64,000 nt of DNA from an uncultured Nitrososphaerales archaeon (GCA_963713605.1 CAVQMO010000001.1:384001-448000), one strand, 5' to 3'; shown: positions 11,287 through 23,393, counted from the stretch's first letter. The notes: a model not told the origin generated them from the sequence alone. A program made the numbers and translations.

Positions 11287-11712
11287 CTACTGACTCTGAG
11301 TTAATTTTTTTGATATTCTCTCTAATGCTTCCTCTGTCCCTTTATGAATATGCTTACTAACCATTCTAGAAAATAATTTATAGAAACCAGATAGTTCAAA
11401 TTCCCAATTGACTGTTATTGAGGTAGCATTACTATCTCTAGATACAAGTGTTAAGGTCTTTGTTCCTTTAATAGGACCACTAAGTATTTCAGTATTAATC
11501 CTCTTTTTAGGATCCAACTGTACAATCTCTCTACAAACAGAATTCTTAAATGCAATGACAACATCCCTTTCGACAGTATTTCCTTTCTTGCTAATATTTC
11601 TAATGGACTTGGTCCCGTGCCAGAATTCAGGTTCTCTATCTAAGTCTCCTACAATATCCCACACTTTATCAAGAGGCACACTTAATTCCTTGCTTAGCAT
11701 TAGGGTTGCCAA
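11287..11712 (-). CDS. SRPBCC/START-family (polyketide cyclase-like) protein
   Basis: VPLDKVWDIVGDLDREPEFW N-terminus and C-terminal helix typical of the fold. Confidence 0.85.
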   Translation of the reverse strand: MATLMLSKELSVPLDKVWDIVGDLDREPEFWHGTKSIRNISKKGNTVERDVVIAFKNSVCREIVQLDPKKRINTEILSGPIKGTKTLTLVSRDSNATSITVNWEFELSGFYKLFSRMVSKHIHKGTEEALERISKKLTQSQ

Positions 11713-12011
11713 TAGTAACTTGATTCAAGCATCATGCTTAAATATTTTTAATCTCAGGACGCGTAAAGGGTTGATGTTTAATATTGATAAATCATGACAG
11801 TTTCTTTCAAATATAATGCTTAGATCGCGTTGTGTCCTCCTATTCTATTCTTCCAAAGTCAATTTAATACGATTGCACGCATCAGTCCCTTCAACTAAAT
11901 CTTTATTCTGATGATCCCAAGATTAAGTATTCAACTGTGCAGGGACAAAACAGAGTGCTACGAGTATATAGTATTGAGAACGTGCTTAATCTGATTTCGC
12001 CTACTTCATTG

Positions 12012-12440
12012 CTAAAACCCCCAGCTTACTTTATTGAAAGCATTTACTCTTACAAACGGGGCTTCTCCTTCTTTCCATGGATCTTTTCTTACCCATTCAA
12101 ACTTTTTATAAAATATTTGATACAGCCTCTTAAATTCAGCTCCTCTTTCAATGATAGCCGCTTTGCCTTGTATTACTATAGCCTTGTTCTCTCCAGAGGG
12201 ATTGTAGACATCAACAACTATCGAAACATTCTTGTTGACTTCCAAATTCCTAAATTTTCTTGTCCCATAATCTGTTGCGAAAGTAATTGTATCTTTGTCG
12301 TAACTGTACGCGACTGGTACAACATGTGGTATTTCATCATGAGAAGTGGCTACCCTACACACTTCGTTGTCTAACAGAAACTTACGTTCTTTTTGAGTCA
12401 TTCTCACTTTGTTGCGCTCACTAGACTTATTCATCTTCAA
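12012..12440 (-). CDS. Pyridoxamine 5'-phosphate oxidase-like (FMN/F420-binding) protein
   Basis: CRVAT...PHVVPV, TRKFRNLEVNKNVSIVVD. Confidence 0.88.
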   Translation of the reverse strand: MKMNKSSERNKVRMTQKERKFLLDNEVCRVATSHDEIPHVVPVAYSYDKDTITFATDYGTRKFRNLEVNKNVSIVVDVYNPSGENKAIVIQGKAAIIERGAEFKRLYQIFYKKFEWVRKDPWKEGEAPFVRVNAFNKVSWGF

Positions 12441-12759
12441 ATTACCAAGTATTAGTACTTAATCTCACTATAAACTTACAACTACTGGTTTGAGTTTTAT
12501 TCTATGTCACTAATTTAGCTTCATTGATTTTATGTTTATGAGTTGGCGTTCGAGGTTGAAACTGCTTAGAAAGTGCATATTATGAATAAGAATATTCAAG
12601 GGATAGTCAAAGTTGTTAGTTCAATCGTGTAAAAGCATTTCAATTAGGGGTAACACCTCATATACTAAAGTCTGCTAGAACTGCAAGTTGCATCACCTTG
12701 CCGAATACGCATGGTAAAAATATGCTGTATCAATTAGAAAAAAGTCGGTGAAAGTAGAG

Positions 12760-13070
12760 TAAGCCCAAGCGAGTGGCCGACTTCGGAGACCCATGTAACT
12801 TTGAAATCAATAAGCCAACTACTGACAGAATTAGGTGTGCTTGAGGTGTTAACTAACATCATAGTCGTTGCTGCTACAAACCGTCCTAACATTATAGATG
12901 CTTTCTTGCTAAGACTAGGTAGGTTTGATAGGGTGCTTTATGTCCCCACACCAAATCAAGATTCGCGAATCCAAATAATAAAAAATTATCCAAATAAGAA
13001 ATCTCTAGCATACGATATCTGAAAAGTTATCAGATCTTAGGATGGATATACCGGGACTGATAATTTCATG
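12760..13070 (+). pseudogene. CDC48/VCP-like AAA+ ATPase fragment
   Basis: SQLLTEL..., AATNRPNIIDAFLLRLGRFDR (second region of homology); GYTG follows after stop codons; no Walker A/B. Confidence 0.8.
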
Positions 13071-13432
13071 TCGAGTCTCCAATTGAAACTTCATGAAGAT
13101 TGGTGCCATGAGAGATTTACAATAGTAACCGGCGGGATGCTAAATTGACTGTTATCCGTAGATTCTCAATTCGGGGTAGGAGTTAATATCAATGCGCAAA
13201 GTAGTAGAACGAAATTAAGTCGTAGGACATTGAATCCATTGTGAACAAGATCGACATTGTCTATTAATTATATATTAACATACACAGTACATGCAGAGAA
13301 GGAACGACTTTCGGAAAAAAGGAAACCGAATTCTTACTGTAACATTCAAATACATAAGCTGAATCTTGTTGAGATGTTTAAGCAAATGAAGATCTACTCC
13401 TTGAGCAAGATCGAGAAGGATTCTCTTTCTGA

Positions 13433-14483
13433 ATGGGGAATAAGGATATGGATTTAGAGAAGGATGTCAATGTAAATTCTTTACATCAAAAACCCGCGCT
13501 GTCGCCAGAGGTGGTAATAGGAGGGCCATCCTCTTTAGGTCTAGCTACCAATATCTCTAAAACAATGGGTTTGAGCATGATATGTCCTGAAATAAGGGTA
13601 TTTTCTGACGGGGAGAGCAAGATTCGAATTAAGGAGAAATTAGAGAATAAGACTTGTATAATAGTTCAGTCCGCATTCCCTCCACAAGTCGACAGACAAA
13701 TACTACAAACTCTAATGCTGCTGAAGAAATGTGTGGATGATTCTGCAAAGGATATCATTGTAGTTGCACCCTACATGGCTTATGCACGGCAAGATAGTGT
13801 ATTTCTCCAGGGAGAAGCAGTAACTACCGAAATGTTGGCAAATATGTTTGAGATCTTCGGAGCCCGCAATATGGTAACGGTAGACATCCATAGTTTACGA
13901 GCGTTATCATACTTCGAAAAGAGGATGTGTTCAATAAATGTGTCTGCTATACCGCTACTGGCAGCTTACGCAAAGTCCAGACTTGGGATGAATATGAATA
14001 ACTCTATCACAGTATCGCCTGATGAAGGAGGCTTTAAGAGAGCAAAGTCGTTTGCCATTGAGTTAAATAATAATATTACTTGCATGAAGAAAACTAGAGA
14101 TCGAAGCACAGGGGAAATAAAAGTTGATCACTTATCCTCACTAAACGGAGACCGAATTCGAGGACTAGATATCGCGTTAATTGATGATATCGTCAGTACC
14201 CGGAGGTACAATAATCAAGACCGCGGAGATTTTGAAATCAGGTGGTTGTCGAGGAATTACTGTCATGTGCTCTCATGCGTTGATGTCTGAGGAGTCGACT
14301 AAACAAATAAAAGCTGCTGGAGTGGATAGGATAATCACAACAAATTCTGTTCCTAAGATGGAAGCTTTTGGTGCGTTTGTTGAAGCAATAGATCTTAGTC
14401 CAGTAATAGCTCCCTACAATATCAAAGTTATTCTCCTGACACCATATGGGGAGAGTCTATTGTGTGTGCTATTCTTAGACTAA
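13433..14483 (+). CDS. prs: Ribose-phosphate pyrophosphokinase (frameshift at about 14200)
   Basis: FSDGE, PYMAYARQD, VDIHS, DDIVST/GGT; extra C at about 14200. Confidence 0.93.
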
Positions 14484-14765
14484 ATTGGAACCCATGTCAG
14501 TTCCGCTTTTAAGTTAGCTGATCACTTCATTCGGTTGACTCAGCCATTATCTATAACCGATATGGGGGGAGCAGTTGGATCAAAATTCGTATTAACACAG
14601 AAATGGATTTTAAAATCCTTTGGAGGTTGCACAATAGTTTAGATAACATCTCCTCAGAAGAGATGACCCTCTTCATTTGATCTCAAAACCATTAACAAAG
14701 ATAAAGTAATCTCGTTGCGCTTCTATCTTGGCGTGACACACGCAGAAAAAAAAAGATGACTAGAC

Positions 14766-15319
14766 TTATTTTATGACTAGAGCTGCACGTTCAATGAGAT
14801 ACTTGAGGAATTCGCTATCATCTGTCAAAAAATATGAGCCGGATTCAAAACCTAGTTTGGTTGCAAGATTATTTCGCGTTATTCCATCAATAATGAATTC
14901 ATGACTATCATATTCTGGTAACGATTGTAGTGCGTAATAGCGAGCCTTTCGCAAATAACGTCTATTTTTAGAAAATATTACAAAGCAAGTACATTTATCA
15001 GACTTTATACCTGCATGACTTATTGCCTTAGAAATTTGAGTAGTACAAGAAATTCGTAATAACAAGTCAAGGCTCTGGTCGATTAGCCGCCATAATTCCT
15101 CTCTTAAGAGCTTCCAACGTGATCTTTAAAGCCTCTACGACGTGGTCGCAAGCCAAAAATGGCCTCGGTGTTGAGTCCTTGAATGTAGACGCTTTCAAAA
15201 TGATGTCGTATTAGTTCTACTAATTTAGTTCCTTTAACACTTTCCAATTTACCGCAACAAAAGATTGAAACATAGAAATTTGATAATTTGAATTCAGAAT
15301 AAATGTTGCTTCTATTCAA
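14766..15319 (-). CDS. cgi121: KEOPS complex subunit Cgi121 (frameshifted)
   Basis: LLRISCTTQISKAI..AGIK and C-terminal LIERAAL; lies downstream of rps17e-MoaD. Confidence 0.75.
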
Positions 15320-15433
15320 TTATGGTTCATCAGAGTTCGTGCGCAGCAAGAGGAATCGGAAGCAATAGCCCTTAACTCTCCAATTCAAGGTCCTCTATAA
15401 TTTTTCTGTAACGTCATGCATCATCTTACATTT

Positions 15434-15691
15434 TCAGCCGCCGCCATGCACTATGCTCACGACGGTTACTTCGTCTCCATCTGTAGCCGATGCGGCTTTC
15501 CCACCTAATATTGAGCAATCTACACCATTTACGGCGATGATCATATTGTCAAAGTTGAGTTTGGCAGGCTCCTCTGCGTTCTTCCTTAGCAAGTCCATTA
15601 TGTAGGACACCTTGACGATAGGTTCCATGATACAAATCGAGTCCTCTCCAATTAATTTCTTGACGCCCCCCAAAAGTCGAACTGTAATCAA
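15434..15691 (-). CDS. MoaD/ThiS (SAMP-like) ubiquitin-fold protein
   Basis: IAVNG...DGDEVTVVSIVHGGG with C-terminal Gly-Gly. Confidence 0.9.
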   Translation of the reverse strand: MITVRLLGGVKKLIGEDSICIMEPIVKVSYIMDLLRKNAEEPAKLNFDNMIIAVNGVDCSILGGKAASATDGDEVTVVSIVHGGG

Positions 15692-15693
15692 TG

Positions 15694-15954
15694 TTACACG
15701 TTTTCTGTCTCCTTCTCTTCCGAAACCTCGTCCCCAATTTCAATATCTGCGTCGGTATCTGATTCAAGAATCTTCTCTTGAACCTTCTGTTTCCGAAGGT
15801 ACGAGGTTATATATCCTGCCACTCTGTTCCGAAGGACTTTTGATTTCGTAATTGCAATCTCCTGTAGTGCTTTCTTGTTCTTTTCAAAGTCAGGACCAAA
15901 GCGATCCGGATATTTCTCCAACACTATTGTAGAAATTCTCTTTATGCGATCCAT
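15694..15954 (-). CDS. rps17e: 30S ribosomal protein S17e
   Basis: DFEKNKKAL, SKVLRNRVAGYIT. Confidence 0.97.
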   Translation of the reverse strand: MDRIKRISTIVLEKYPDRFGPDFEKNKKALQEIAITKSKVLRNRVAGYITSYLRKQKVQEKILESDTDADIEIGDEVSEEKETENV

Positions 15955-16119
15955 AAGACAGCAGAGTCTTTAGTTAATTGATAGACTATTTTAGCCTATC
16001 TTCTGATCCCATGACCTGAGACTTGAAGTCTTGGAGATAAAATGTTATTTATCGGGGCATCTAAATCGAGTAGGGCATCCCACATTTCTATTCCTCTCAA
16101 ATCACTTTGCTCTAGCTGC

Positions 16120-16518
16120 TTAATTGCCCTTAATACCAGGCGCAGGTACTTTCGCTTTCACCCTTCTACTAAACTTCTCTCTTTCTATGTCATAATTAAT
16201 TCTTGCAGGTACATACTGACTCAAAGACTGAGCCAAATCGCTTTTTTCATTAACCTTATAGCTTCTACTCTCCCGTCTCTTTCCGATTTCTTCTAGCAGA
16301 TCCTTCTCAACCAACACTGGGATCATTTTTCGTAAAGTGTCTATCGGAATATGTACTAACTGACTAATCTCGTCCAAAGAATAATCAAAGGGTTCGTTGA
16401 TTATCAGAAAATCCAAAACTCTTGCTACTGCGTTGCCAAATATATCTTCGAGTGGTCGAGTTCCCACGTCATTACTTGTGGCGGATTCCAACTTGTGTAT
16501 AAAAATTAAAGAAGTCAA
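16120..16518 (-). CDS. Winged-helix DNA-binding protein
   Basis: RVLDFLIINEPFDYSLDEISQ...L.EKDLLEE.GKRRESRSY wHTH pattern. Confidence 0.75.
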   Translation of the reverse strand: MTSLIFIHKLESATSNDVGTRPLEDIFGNAVARVLDFLIINEPFDYSLDEISQLVHIPIDTLRKMIPVLVEKDLLEEIGKRRESRSYKVNEKSDLAQSLSQYVPARINYDIEREKFSRRVKAKVPAPGIKGN

Positions 16519-16631
16519 TTATTTAAACTTGAGTGAAATGCTAGCTCCTTGTGATTAACACATTACGTTTGATATTTTATGATTAATTTGATTAATTTAA
16601 ATAACAGTATAAGAATTTTTAGATATACTAC

Positions 16632-17363
16632 ATGCTAGTTATCCAAGAATGGCAAAAATGGATATTGAGGCAGTTAATTTGTGAAGGTATTCACAAGAGT
16701 ATTTCTGAAAGTCATTTGTTTAGGGAGGCCGGAAGACATTATGACCCTAATTTTCAAATCGCACTACGTGCCCTTATTGACGAAGGTATCATTATGGTTC
16801 TTGAATCACACCGTCAGAAGAAGTATCTAGTCAATTTCGAGATGATAGAGGTTGCACAAAATGTAATCAACTCGCACTCCAAATTAAACCGAATCAAAGC
16901 AATCCAGCCGTTTATGCCTGAACCGGAGGGCTTCGTCTATTGGTTTGATAACAATCAAGAGGAAAGAAAGTATCGTAGACAAAATATTTACAGATTCTAC
17001 ACAAGCAAGACAGACAGAATGGAATTCGCAGCGCAACTGATAACTCAATCTATGTCACGTTCGAGGACACTATACATGGGTTCTCTCAATAATTCCAGCT
17101 CATATATATATAAGATATGGAGAGCAGCGTTACAGTTATCGGATGAGAGTGAGGATGGAACCTTCATCCTCCAGGATCTTCAGGATAGGGAACGTGTAGC
17201 ATGTGGAAACAATCGACAAAGAGGCAAAATTGGAATCGCCATTTTCAAGAAACTTGGATACATACAGGAGATAAGGACTAAGGGCAACTCGACAAGGTTC
17301 AAAATTAGCGGACGAAAACCATTCTCGGTAACGTTAGATGAAATATTCACATATTCTTCTTAG
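16632..17363 (+). CDS. Hypothetical protein with possible winged-helix domains at both ends
   Basis: Intact 243-aa ORF; ALRALIDEGII and FKKLGYIQEIRTKGNSTRF resemble wHTH helix-wing segments. Confidence 0.65.
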   Translation: MLVIQEWQKWILRQLICEGIHKSISESHLFREAGRHYDPNFQIALRALIDEGIIMVLESHRQKKYLVNFEMIEVAQNVINSHSKLNRIKAIQPFMPEPEGFVYWFDNNQEERKYRRQNIYRFYTSKTDRMEFAAQLITQSMSRSRTLYMGSLNNSSSYIYKIWRAALQLSDESEDGTFILQDLQDRERVACGNNRQRGKIGIAIFKKLGYIQEIRTKGNSTRFKISGRKPFSVTLDEIFTYSS

Positions 17364-17422
17364 TATGACTGAGGTTAATAAGAAATTCTAGAACTTTACA
17401 TCCAATTGAGAAGGTAGTCATA

Positions 17423-17978
17423 ATGGTGGAGAAATTAGAAAAGAATCGCATATCACCGGTTCACATGATACATAGAACAAAGGTTCATTCAGGAAATATT
17501 TCATTGAGAATTGACAGATTCACTCTGAATGGTAAGCAGATTGAAAAAGAAATAGTTGAGCATAGTCCTTCAGTGGGAATGATTCCTATAGATCGTAATT
17601 CATATGTCTACCTTGTTAAGCAGTACAGGCATGCAACTGGTAAATGTTTGCTAGAGATACCAGCCGGAAAAATCGAAAAAGGGGAATCACCTGAAAAGGC
17701 GAGCTTATCGGGAGTTAGCGGAAGAAATAGGATATGTGGGAAAATTCTCTCTTTTGACTACTTTTTATCTCGCCCCGGGTTATGATACGGAGTTAATGTA
17801 CCTCTTTGTATGTACTGATTTGAAAAAGGTGCCGCGGGGCAGGCTCGACGACGACGAGAATATTACTATCAAAAAAATGCAAATTGGCACCGCGATTCGC
17901 AAATGCCTAAAAGGAGAAATTCAAGATTGCAAAACTATAGCTGGTCTCCTAGCCTATTCGGCGGATTTAGTGGATTAA
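17423..17978 (+). CDS. NUDIX hydrolase, ADP-ribose pyrophosphatase-like (frameshift at about 17705)
   Basis: VKQYRH, LEIPAGKIEKGESP...RELAEEIG Nudix box across the frameshift. Confidence 0.9.
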
Positions 17979-18041
17979 AACCAAAAGTGCGTGGATGGAC
18001 CTCAAATTGCCATCAGTGATGGTATTTGTTATTTAAGTCGA

Positions 18042-18464
18042 TCATTTTCTCTTTTCAAAGATATTGTTAATATGGTTAGCCAATTTGAGATCGTGATCGC
18101 TAATGCCATTAACGTCATGAGTCATTAGGTCGATCATAACGGTATTATACACATTAAACCACTCTGGATGGTGATCCATCTTTTCAGCGTGAAGAGCTAC
18201 CTCTGTCATGAAAGTAAATGCCTCGACGAAATTCCTGAACTTGAATGAACGATGAAGCTTGGAGTCCTTAACGGCCCAATCCTTCAAACTGGAAATTGCT
18301 GACTCTATCTCGCTCCCCGAAAGTTTACGGTACCTTTTTTGTTGATCATTTGACATACTAGTTAGTGATATTTTCATACTATTAGGGGTTTTTCTTTGCA
18401 GGCCACCTTCCTCCTTCATTGACAATCCACTGTAAATGAATTTTGAATTCAGTAATATCAACAT
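18042..18464 (-). CDS. Pterin-4a-carbinolamine dehydratase
   Basis: [23 protein letters not shown]. Confidence 0.93.
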   Translation of the reverse strand: MLILLNSKFIYSGLSMKEEGGLQRKTPNSMKISLTSMSNDQQKRYRKLSGSEIESAISSLKDWAVKDSKLHRSFKFRNFVEAFTFMTEVALHAEKMDHHPEWFNVYNTVMIDLMTHDVNGISDHDLKLANHINNIFEKRK

Positions 18465-18571
18465 GAATAAAGATAGTTACATGAAGCCATATCCAAAAGC
18501 TGCATTCCATGGAATCCAATATTGGACACTACAGCTAATATTATATCCGACTAAATCCCACATAGATAACC

Positions 18572-19007
18572 GTGAGATTCGTAGACGACGACGGTTCCAT
18601 TATAGTACCAAAGTCCGTCAGACCTATAATTGAATACCCTCCCTCAGAACTTGGCAGCAGATGCGGGGCATTAAAGCAATTCAGGGCTGGAAAACTTCAC
18701 ATAAGAGAATACGATAGCTACTATTCGGTTCATTCTGACAAGATAGACCCCCTAAATGATCCACTTGGTCATCTGATCGTTGATGCTCCAGAATACTTAG
18801 TAGGCATGCTCTCAGGGATCTCGATTTATTCAACTCTAAAAGATAGGTCAGTTAATCGCTCGAAAAAGAACAGCACAAATCCAAATTCATTTTCAGAAAC
18901 CGGCATTAAGGCTGGCCCGTCACCTTACCTTGCAGCGAATATTTGCTGCCTATACCAGCTACGCCCTCACCAAGTCTATAAAAAAGCTGGCCCAGAGGCG
19001 AGGATAA
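18572..19007 (+). CDS. Conserved hypothetical protein (frameshift at about 18940)
   Basis: GALKQFRAGKLHIREYD..VHSDKIDP..DPLGHLIVDAPE; the shifted frame stops just before the next gene. Confidence 0.6.
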
Positions 19008-19010
19008 ATT

Positions 19011-20660
19011 TTGAAAAAGTTAGAGCAACTAGATCATCAAGATTCCTCTCAGTCCATTACAACGGAAGATGCAGTCTCAAATACGATGGAAACAGCCCCA
19101 AGAGTTTCGAAATTATATCTTCTGAAAGGTACTAATTCAAGCTGATCCCTATATTAATTCATCTCAGGAGGGACCGTCGGGAGTGGGTTAAGCGAGAGGG
19201 TAGGAATATTGATACCAAGAAATATGTAAAACATGCGGAGAGGACTCTTGCCACGTTTATTGCACTAGGTCCTTCATATATCAAACTAGGCCAATGGTTG
19301 TCAACCAGAACTGATGTGCTTCCTCAACCCTATCTCGAAGTCCTGGCAAAACTTCAAGATGATGTACCTCCTTCGGATTTTTCATTGGTTCAGGAGACTG
19401 TAGAAAATGAAATAGGAAAAATTGATCATATCTTCGACAGTTTCAATAAGAAGGCCAAATCTGGAGCTAGCCTTGGGCAGGTCTACTTAGCTCGCTATAA
19501 GGGTCGAGATGTAATCATTAAGGCATCACGACCGAAAATAGAGCAGACAGTCTCAAGAGATATTCTGGTTCTAAAGTCTATACTTCCTTTGGCAACCCGC
19601 TTCATAGATCCCAATTTGAGATATTCTGTTGATGCAATGTTTTCGCAATTTGTCGAAACTATCAGTGAAGAGATGGACTACAGAATTGAAGCAAGAAACC
19701 TTAAGATGATTCGAAGAAACTTAAGTCATGATCCAACGGTAGTAATTCCAGCGCTTATTCCTGAAATAACTTCAAGACACGTTCTCTCTATGGAGTACAT
19801 ACCTGGCACAAAGATAACAGATATTGCCGCGTTGGACGCCATGGGTTTAGATAGGGAAAGGATCGTTTCGAAGGTGCATCGCATATTCTTCAAAATGCTC
19901 CTGAAGGACAGCATTTTTCACGCCGATCCTCACCCGGGAAACATTTCTGTGACATCTGATGGCAAGATCATTCTATATGACTTTGGGATGGTGGGAAGAA
20001 TCGATGATGATACACGTTTGAAACTGGTAAGGTTGTACCTCGGCTTAATTGAAAAAGATCCTGTGCGAGCAGTGAATGTATTAATTGATCTAGGAACATT
20101 GGAACCTTCCGTTAACAGGTACATAGTTGAAAAGGCCTTGGAATTTAGTATTAAATCTCTTCATGGTCAACAGGTTGACAGGATGGAAGTTAAGGCTCTC
20201 GTTGACCTCACCAATAAGACGATGAGCAAATTTCCCTTTAGACTTCCAAAGAATCTAGCACTCTATATGCGGATGAGCTCTATCCTTGAAGGAATATATC
20301 ACCATCACAAAGTCAAATTTCAATTCGTTAAGGTGTTGGCTGATATACTGGCTGAAGAGGGATTGCTAAGAGAAGCATATGTAGAGGAGACTAAAGACTA
20401 CTTCAGGCGGCTTGTAAAGGGAATGGAAAGTACGTATTGGTCTGGCACCGATTTTACGATCATATATTGAAGCGGATCTACACACGAAGGAGATGTCATC
20501 AAGAAGACAATGGCTCACTTCAGCTAGCATTATCGGTTCAGGATTATTCATTGGATCAGCAATATTCATTCACTATAATTTGTTCATGGGATTAGCCGGC
20601 TTAGTAGCTTCAGCGGGAACATTCATAGCAACCTTTGCCATCGCGAGAAGAAAGCGTTAG
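19011..20660 (+). CDS. AarF/ABC1/UbiB family atypical kinase (frameshifts at about 19130 and 20438)
   Basis: LGPSYIKLGQW, ASLGQVY, FHADPHPGN, LYDFGMVG; C-terminal TM pair in the shifted frame. Confidence 0.92.
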
Positions 20661-20672
20661 TCTCTATTTTAC

Positions 20673-21065
20673 TTACGAAATAGGGATTGTATTGTATCTG
20701 GGAATAGGTATTCGCAACGTAACTACGCCGTCAGCATATGTTGCAGAACCCAGTACTTGGTCCTCCTCTGTAACCTTGATAGGTAACGGAACCTTCTTGT
20801 TGATATGTAGCGGCCTCTGTTGGAAGTAAACCGTACCTACACTTGTATTCACATTGCTTTGCCTTTTTGCATTTATGGAAAGGACATTGTCTAATATTCT
20901 CAACGAGATATCTTGCTTTGAAAATCCCGGAAGGTCGATCAAAACGACTAGGTCAGAGCCATCCTCATGCATATCTAGCGCAGGCATCACGAATTCGAAG
21001 AATTCCCTAGACTTATTTCCAAGCTCTCTCATCAATTCTTTAGCCATATACTGTCCAAATCCCAT
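20673..21065 (-). CDS. Small heat shock protein (Hsp20/alpha-crystallin)
   Basis: IDLPGFSKQDI, ATYADGVVTLRIP. Confidence 0.92.
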   Translation of the reverse strand: MGFGQYMAKELMRELGNKSREFFEFVMPALDMHEDGSDLVVLIDLPGFSKQDISLRILDNVLSINAKRQSNVNTSVGTVYFQQRPLHINKKVPLPIKVTEEDQVLGSATYADGVVTLRIPIPRYNTIPIS

Positions 21066-21190
21066 AATATATGTACTTAGAACATATTGTTATAAATCCT
21101 TTCGCGAAAGGGTAAAAGTCTTTACTGAGGCCTAACGAGAACATTTAAGGCACAAACTATTAATTCATAAATTCAAAAAATGAATATGTC

Positions 21191-22621
21191 TTGGATAGAC
21201 AAGATCTTTTTTCATACATAGATTCTAGAAAGGAAGACCTAATAGCTGACCTTCAGTCACTTATTAGGCAGCGGAGTGTTTCAGCTAGGAAGCAAGGCCT
21301 GGAACAATGTGCTGCTGTCGTGGCAGGAATAATGATAAAAGCCGGCATCAACACAAGGATTCTGAATCTGCCCAAAGACGGTAACCTTGACGACCGGAGC
21401 AGTGCGGCACCATCTATTATCTATGGCGAAGTTAAAACGAAGAGAAAAACAAATAGCCCTTCTAGAACTCTAATGTTTTACAACCATTACGACGTACAAC
21501 CAGAGGATCCTATTGAACTTTGGGAACATGACCCCTACGAGGGTGTTATTGAAGGAGACTATATTTACGGCAGAGGATCATCTGATGACAAAGGAGAACT
21601 AGTTACTCGTATCAAGGCAGTCGAATATTACCTTAAATGCTTTGGTGACGTTCCGTGTAACATAAAGTTTCTCATAGAAGGAGAGGAGGAGATAGGTAGT
21701 GTTCACTTAGGGAAATATTTAGCAAGTTATCATGACGAACTCTCGTGTGATGGGGTCATCTGGGAGTTTGGCTACGTCAATGAACAAAACATCCCGATAA
21801 TAACCCTTGGAATGAAAGGCTTGCTATTTGTAGAGTTAACTGCAGCTGGTCCCAACCGTGATGCTCATTCAAGCCTTGCAGTCTTGATCGAAAATCCTGC
21901 TTGGAAGTTGGTCCAAGCCTTGAACAAACTCACCGATAGCACAGGTAAGATATTGATTACTGACTGGTACGAGGAAGTCAGAGATCTCACTGAGAGTGAA
22001 AAAGCTTTATTACAGACAGAGAGCTTCGATGAAATTCGATTCAAGACAGAATACGGTATCAATTCATTCTTGAACAATGTTCAGGGCATAGAGATCCAGA
22101 AAGCGCTAGTCTCATTGCCCACTTGTAATATTGCTGGGATGATCTCCGGATATACCGGAGAAGGTGCAAAGACCATCATTCCCTCCACGGCGAATGTAAA
22201 AATCGATTTTCGACTCGTGCCGGAAATGGACCCTCTGATTCAATTTGAACGACTCAAGAAATACCTTGCCCAAAATGGATTTGATGAAAGATCCTTGAAG
22301 GTTCGATTCTTGCATGGAGAAGCCGCCTCGCGAACAAATGTCAATGATCCGTTTGTCGATGCTGTAAGTGAGTCTGCACGCGAGGTATATGGGGATGCTA
22401 AGATAAGCGTTTCATCTCCCGCTACGGGGCCAATGGATTCCTTCTCTAAAAATCTTAGCGTGCCATGCATATCCATTGGTAGCACTTTTATTTATTCAAA
22501 AATGCATTCTCCCAACGAATTCGCAAGAACTGATCTGCTTCTTAAAACGACTAAATGCATGTGTGGGATAATGGATAGATTTGCAAGGCAGAATACGATG
22601 ACGGGGAACCACCCAGAATAG
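21191..22621 (+). CDS. M20 family peptidase/deacylase
   Basis: YNHYDVQP, GRGSSDDKG, GEEEIGS, HSPNE. Confidence 0.93.
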   Translation: MDRQDLFSYIDSRKEDLIADLQSLIRQRSVSARKQGLEQCAAVVAGIMIKAGINTRILNLPKDGNLDDRSSAAPSIIYGEVKTKRKTNSPSRTLMFYNHYDVQPEDPIELWEHDPYEGVIEGDYIYGRGSSDDKGELVTRIKAVEYYLKCFGDVPCNIKFLIEGEEEIGSVHLGKYLASYHDELSCDGVIWEFGYVNEQNIPIITLGMKGLLFVELTAAGPNRDAHSSLAVLIENPAWKLVQALNKLTDSTGKILITDWYEEVRDLTESEKALLQTESFDEIRFKTEYGINSFLNNVQGIEIQKALVSLPTCNIAGMISGYTGEGAKTIIPSTANVKIDFRLVPEMDPLIQFERLKKYLAQNGFDERSLKVRFLHGEAASRTNVNDPFVDAVSESAREVYGDAKISVSSPATGPMDSFSKNLSVPCISIGSTFIYSKMHSPNEFARTDLLLKTTKCMCGIMDRFARQNTMTGNHPE

Positions 22622-22752
22622 CTTTTATTCAGGTACCATTTTAAGAGGTGCGGCATGTTCGAACCATAGGCCGTATGAAAAACTGATCTATGAACCCAAT
22701 GAAAGCGCAAGCTTCTTATTCAATATCATTAATTCCAATTCTAATGTCTACA

Positions 22753-23121
22753 ATGAAAATAGCGGTGGTATTGAGTGTATTGTCGGTACTTGTTGGTGGG
22801 TTGTCAATAGGGCCTGCTCTTGTGTATGCCCAGGGTGCGAGCGTCTCGATAGTACCTAATGCATCTACTATGGGAGATAAGGCATTTTCTCCCAATCCTG
22901 CTGAATTGAAGGCCGGAGAATCAGTAACATGGACAAATGATGATAGCCAGATCCATACTGCTACCTCAGGTGCAGTAGGCGCTGAAGATTCAGGTAAGGT
23001 GTTTGATTCAAGTATACTATCTCCAAAAGCCACCTTCGACTTCAAATTCGACCAAGCTGGTGAATACGACTACTATTGTACGTTGCATCCCCAGATGGTA
23101 GGAAAGGTAGTAGTTTCCTAA
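22753..23121 (+). CDS. Secreted plastocyanin-like blue copper protein
   Basis: Signal peptide; HTAT and YYCTLHPQM type-1 Cu ligands. Confidence 0.92.
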   Translation: MKIAVVLSVLSVLVGGLSIGPALVYAQGASVSIVPNASTMGDKAFSPNPAELKAGESVTWTNDDSQIHTATSGAVGAEDSGKVFDSSILSPKATFDFKFDQAGEYDYYCTLHPQMVGKVVVS

Positions 23122-23393
23122 AATCCCTCATTTTTTATTTGAGAACGAACTTGGGACTGCTAGATTTTTAGTATTCGATGACGGGTCTACTATTTAGCAG
23201 AATAATATTTTGAGACAATGCAATCATCATGGAGCAGACACTTGGGTTGAGTATGAAATTAGAGGTTTACATGCAAGTCATCTGAATTAGAATATTGTAA
23301 GAACGATCAACTTAGTCCTCAGATAGACTCGGGGCCTTCTGAGCTAGACATACATCAATTTAAATAAGCAAAAGAAGTTTTCATAGGAACGAA

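Noticed and set aside
11408..12374. Plus-strand ORFs 11408..11797 and 11937..12374, and similar antisense ORFs elsewhere
   Set aside because: Shadow ORFs of well-supported genes on the opposite strand
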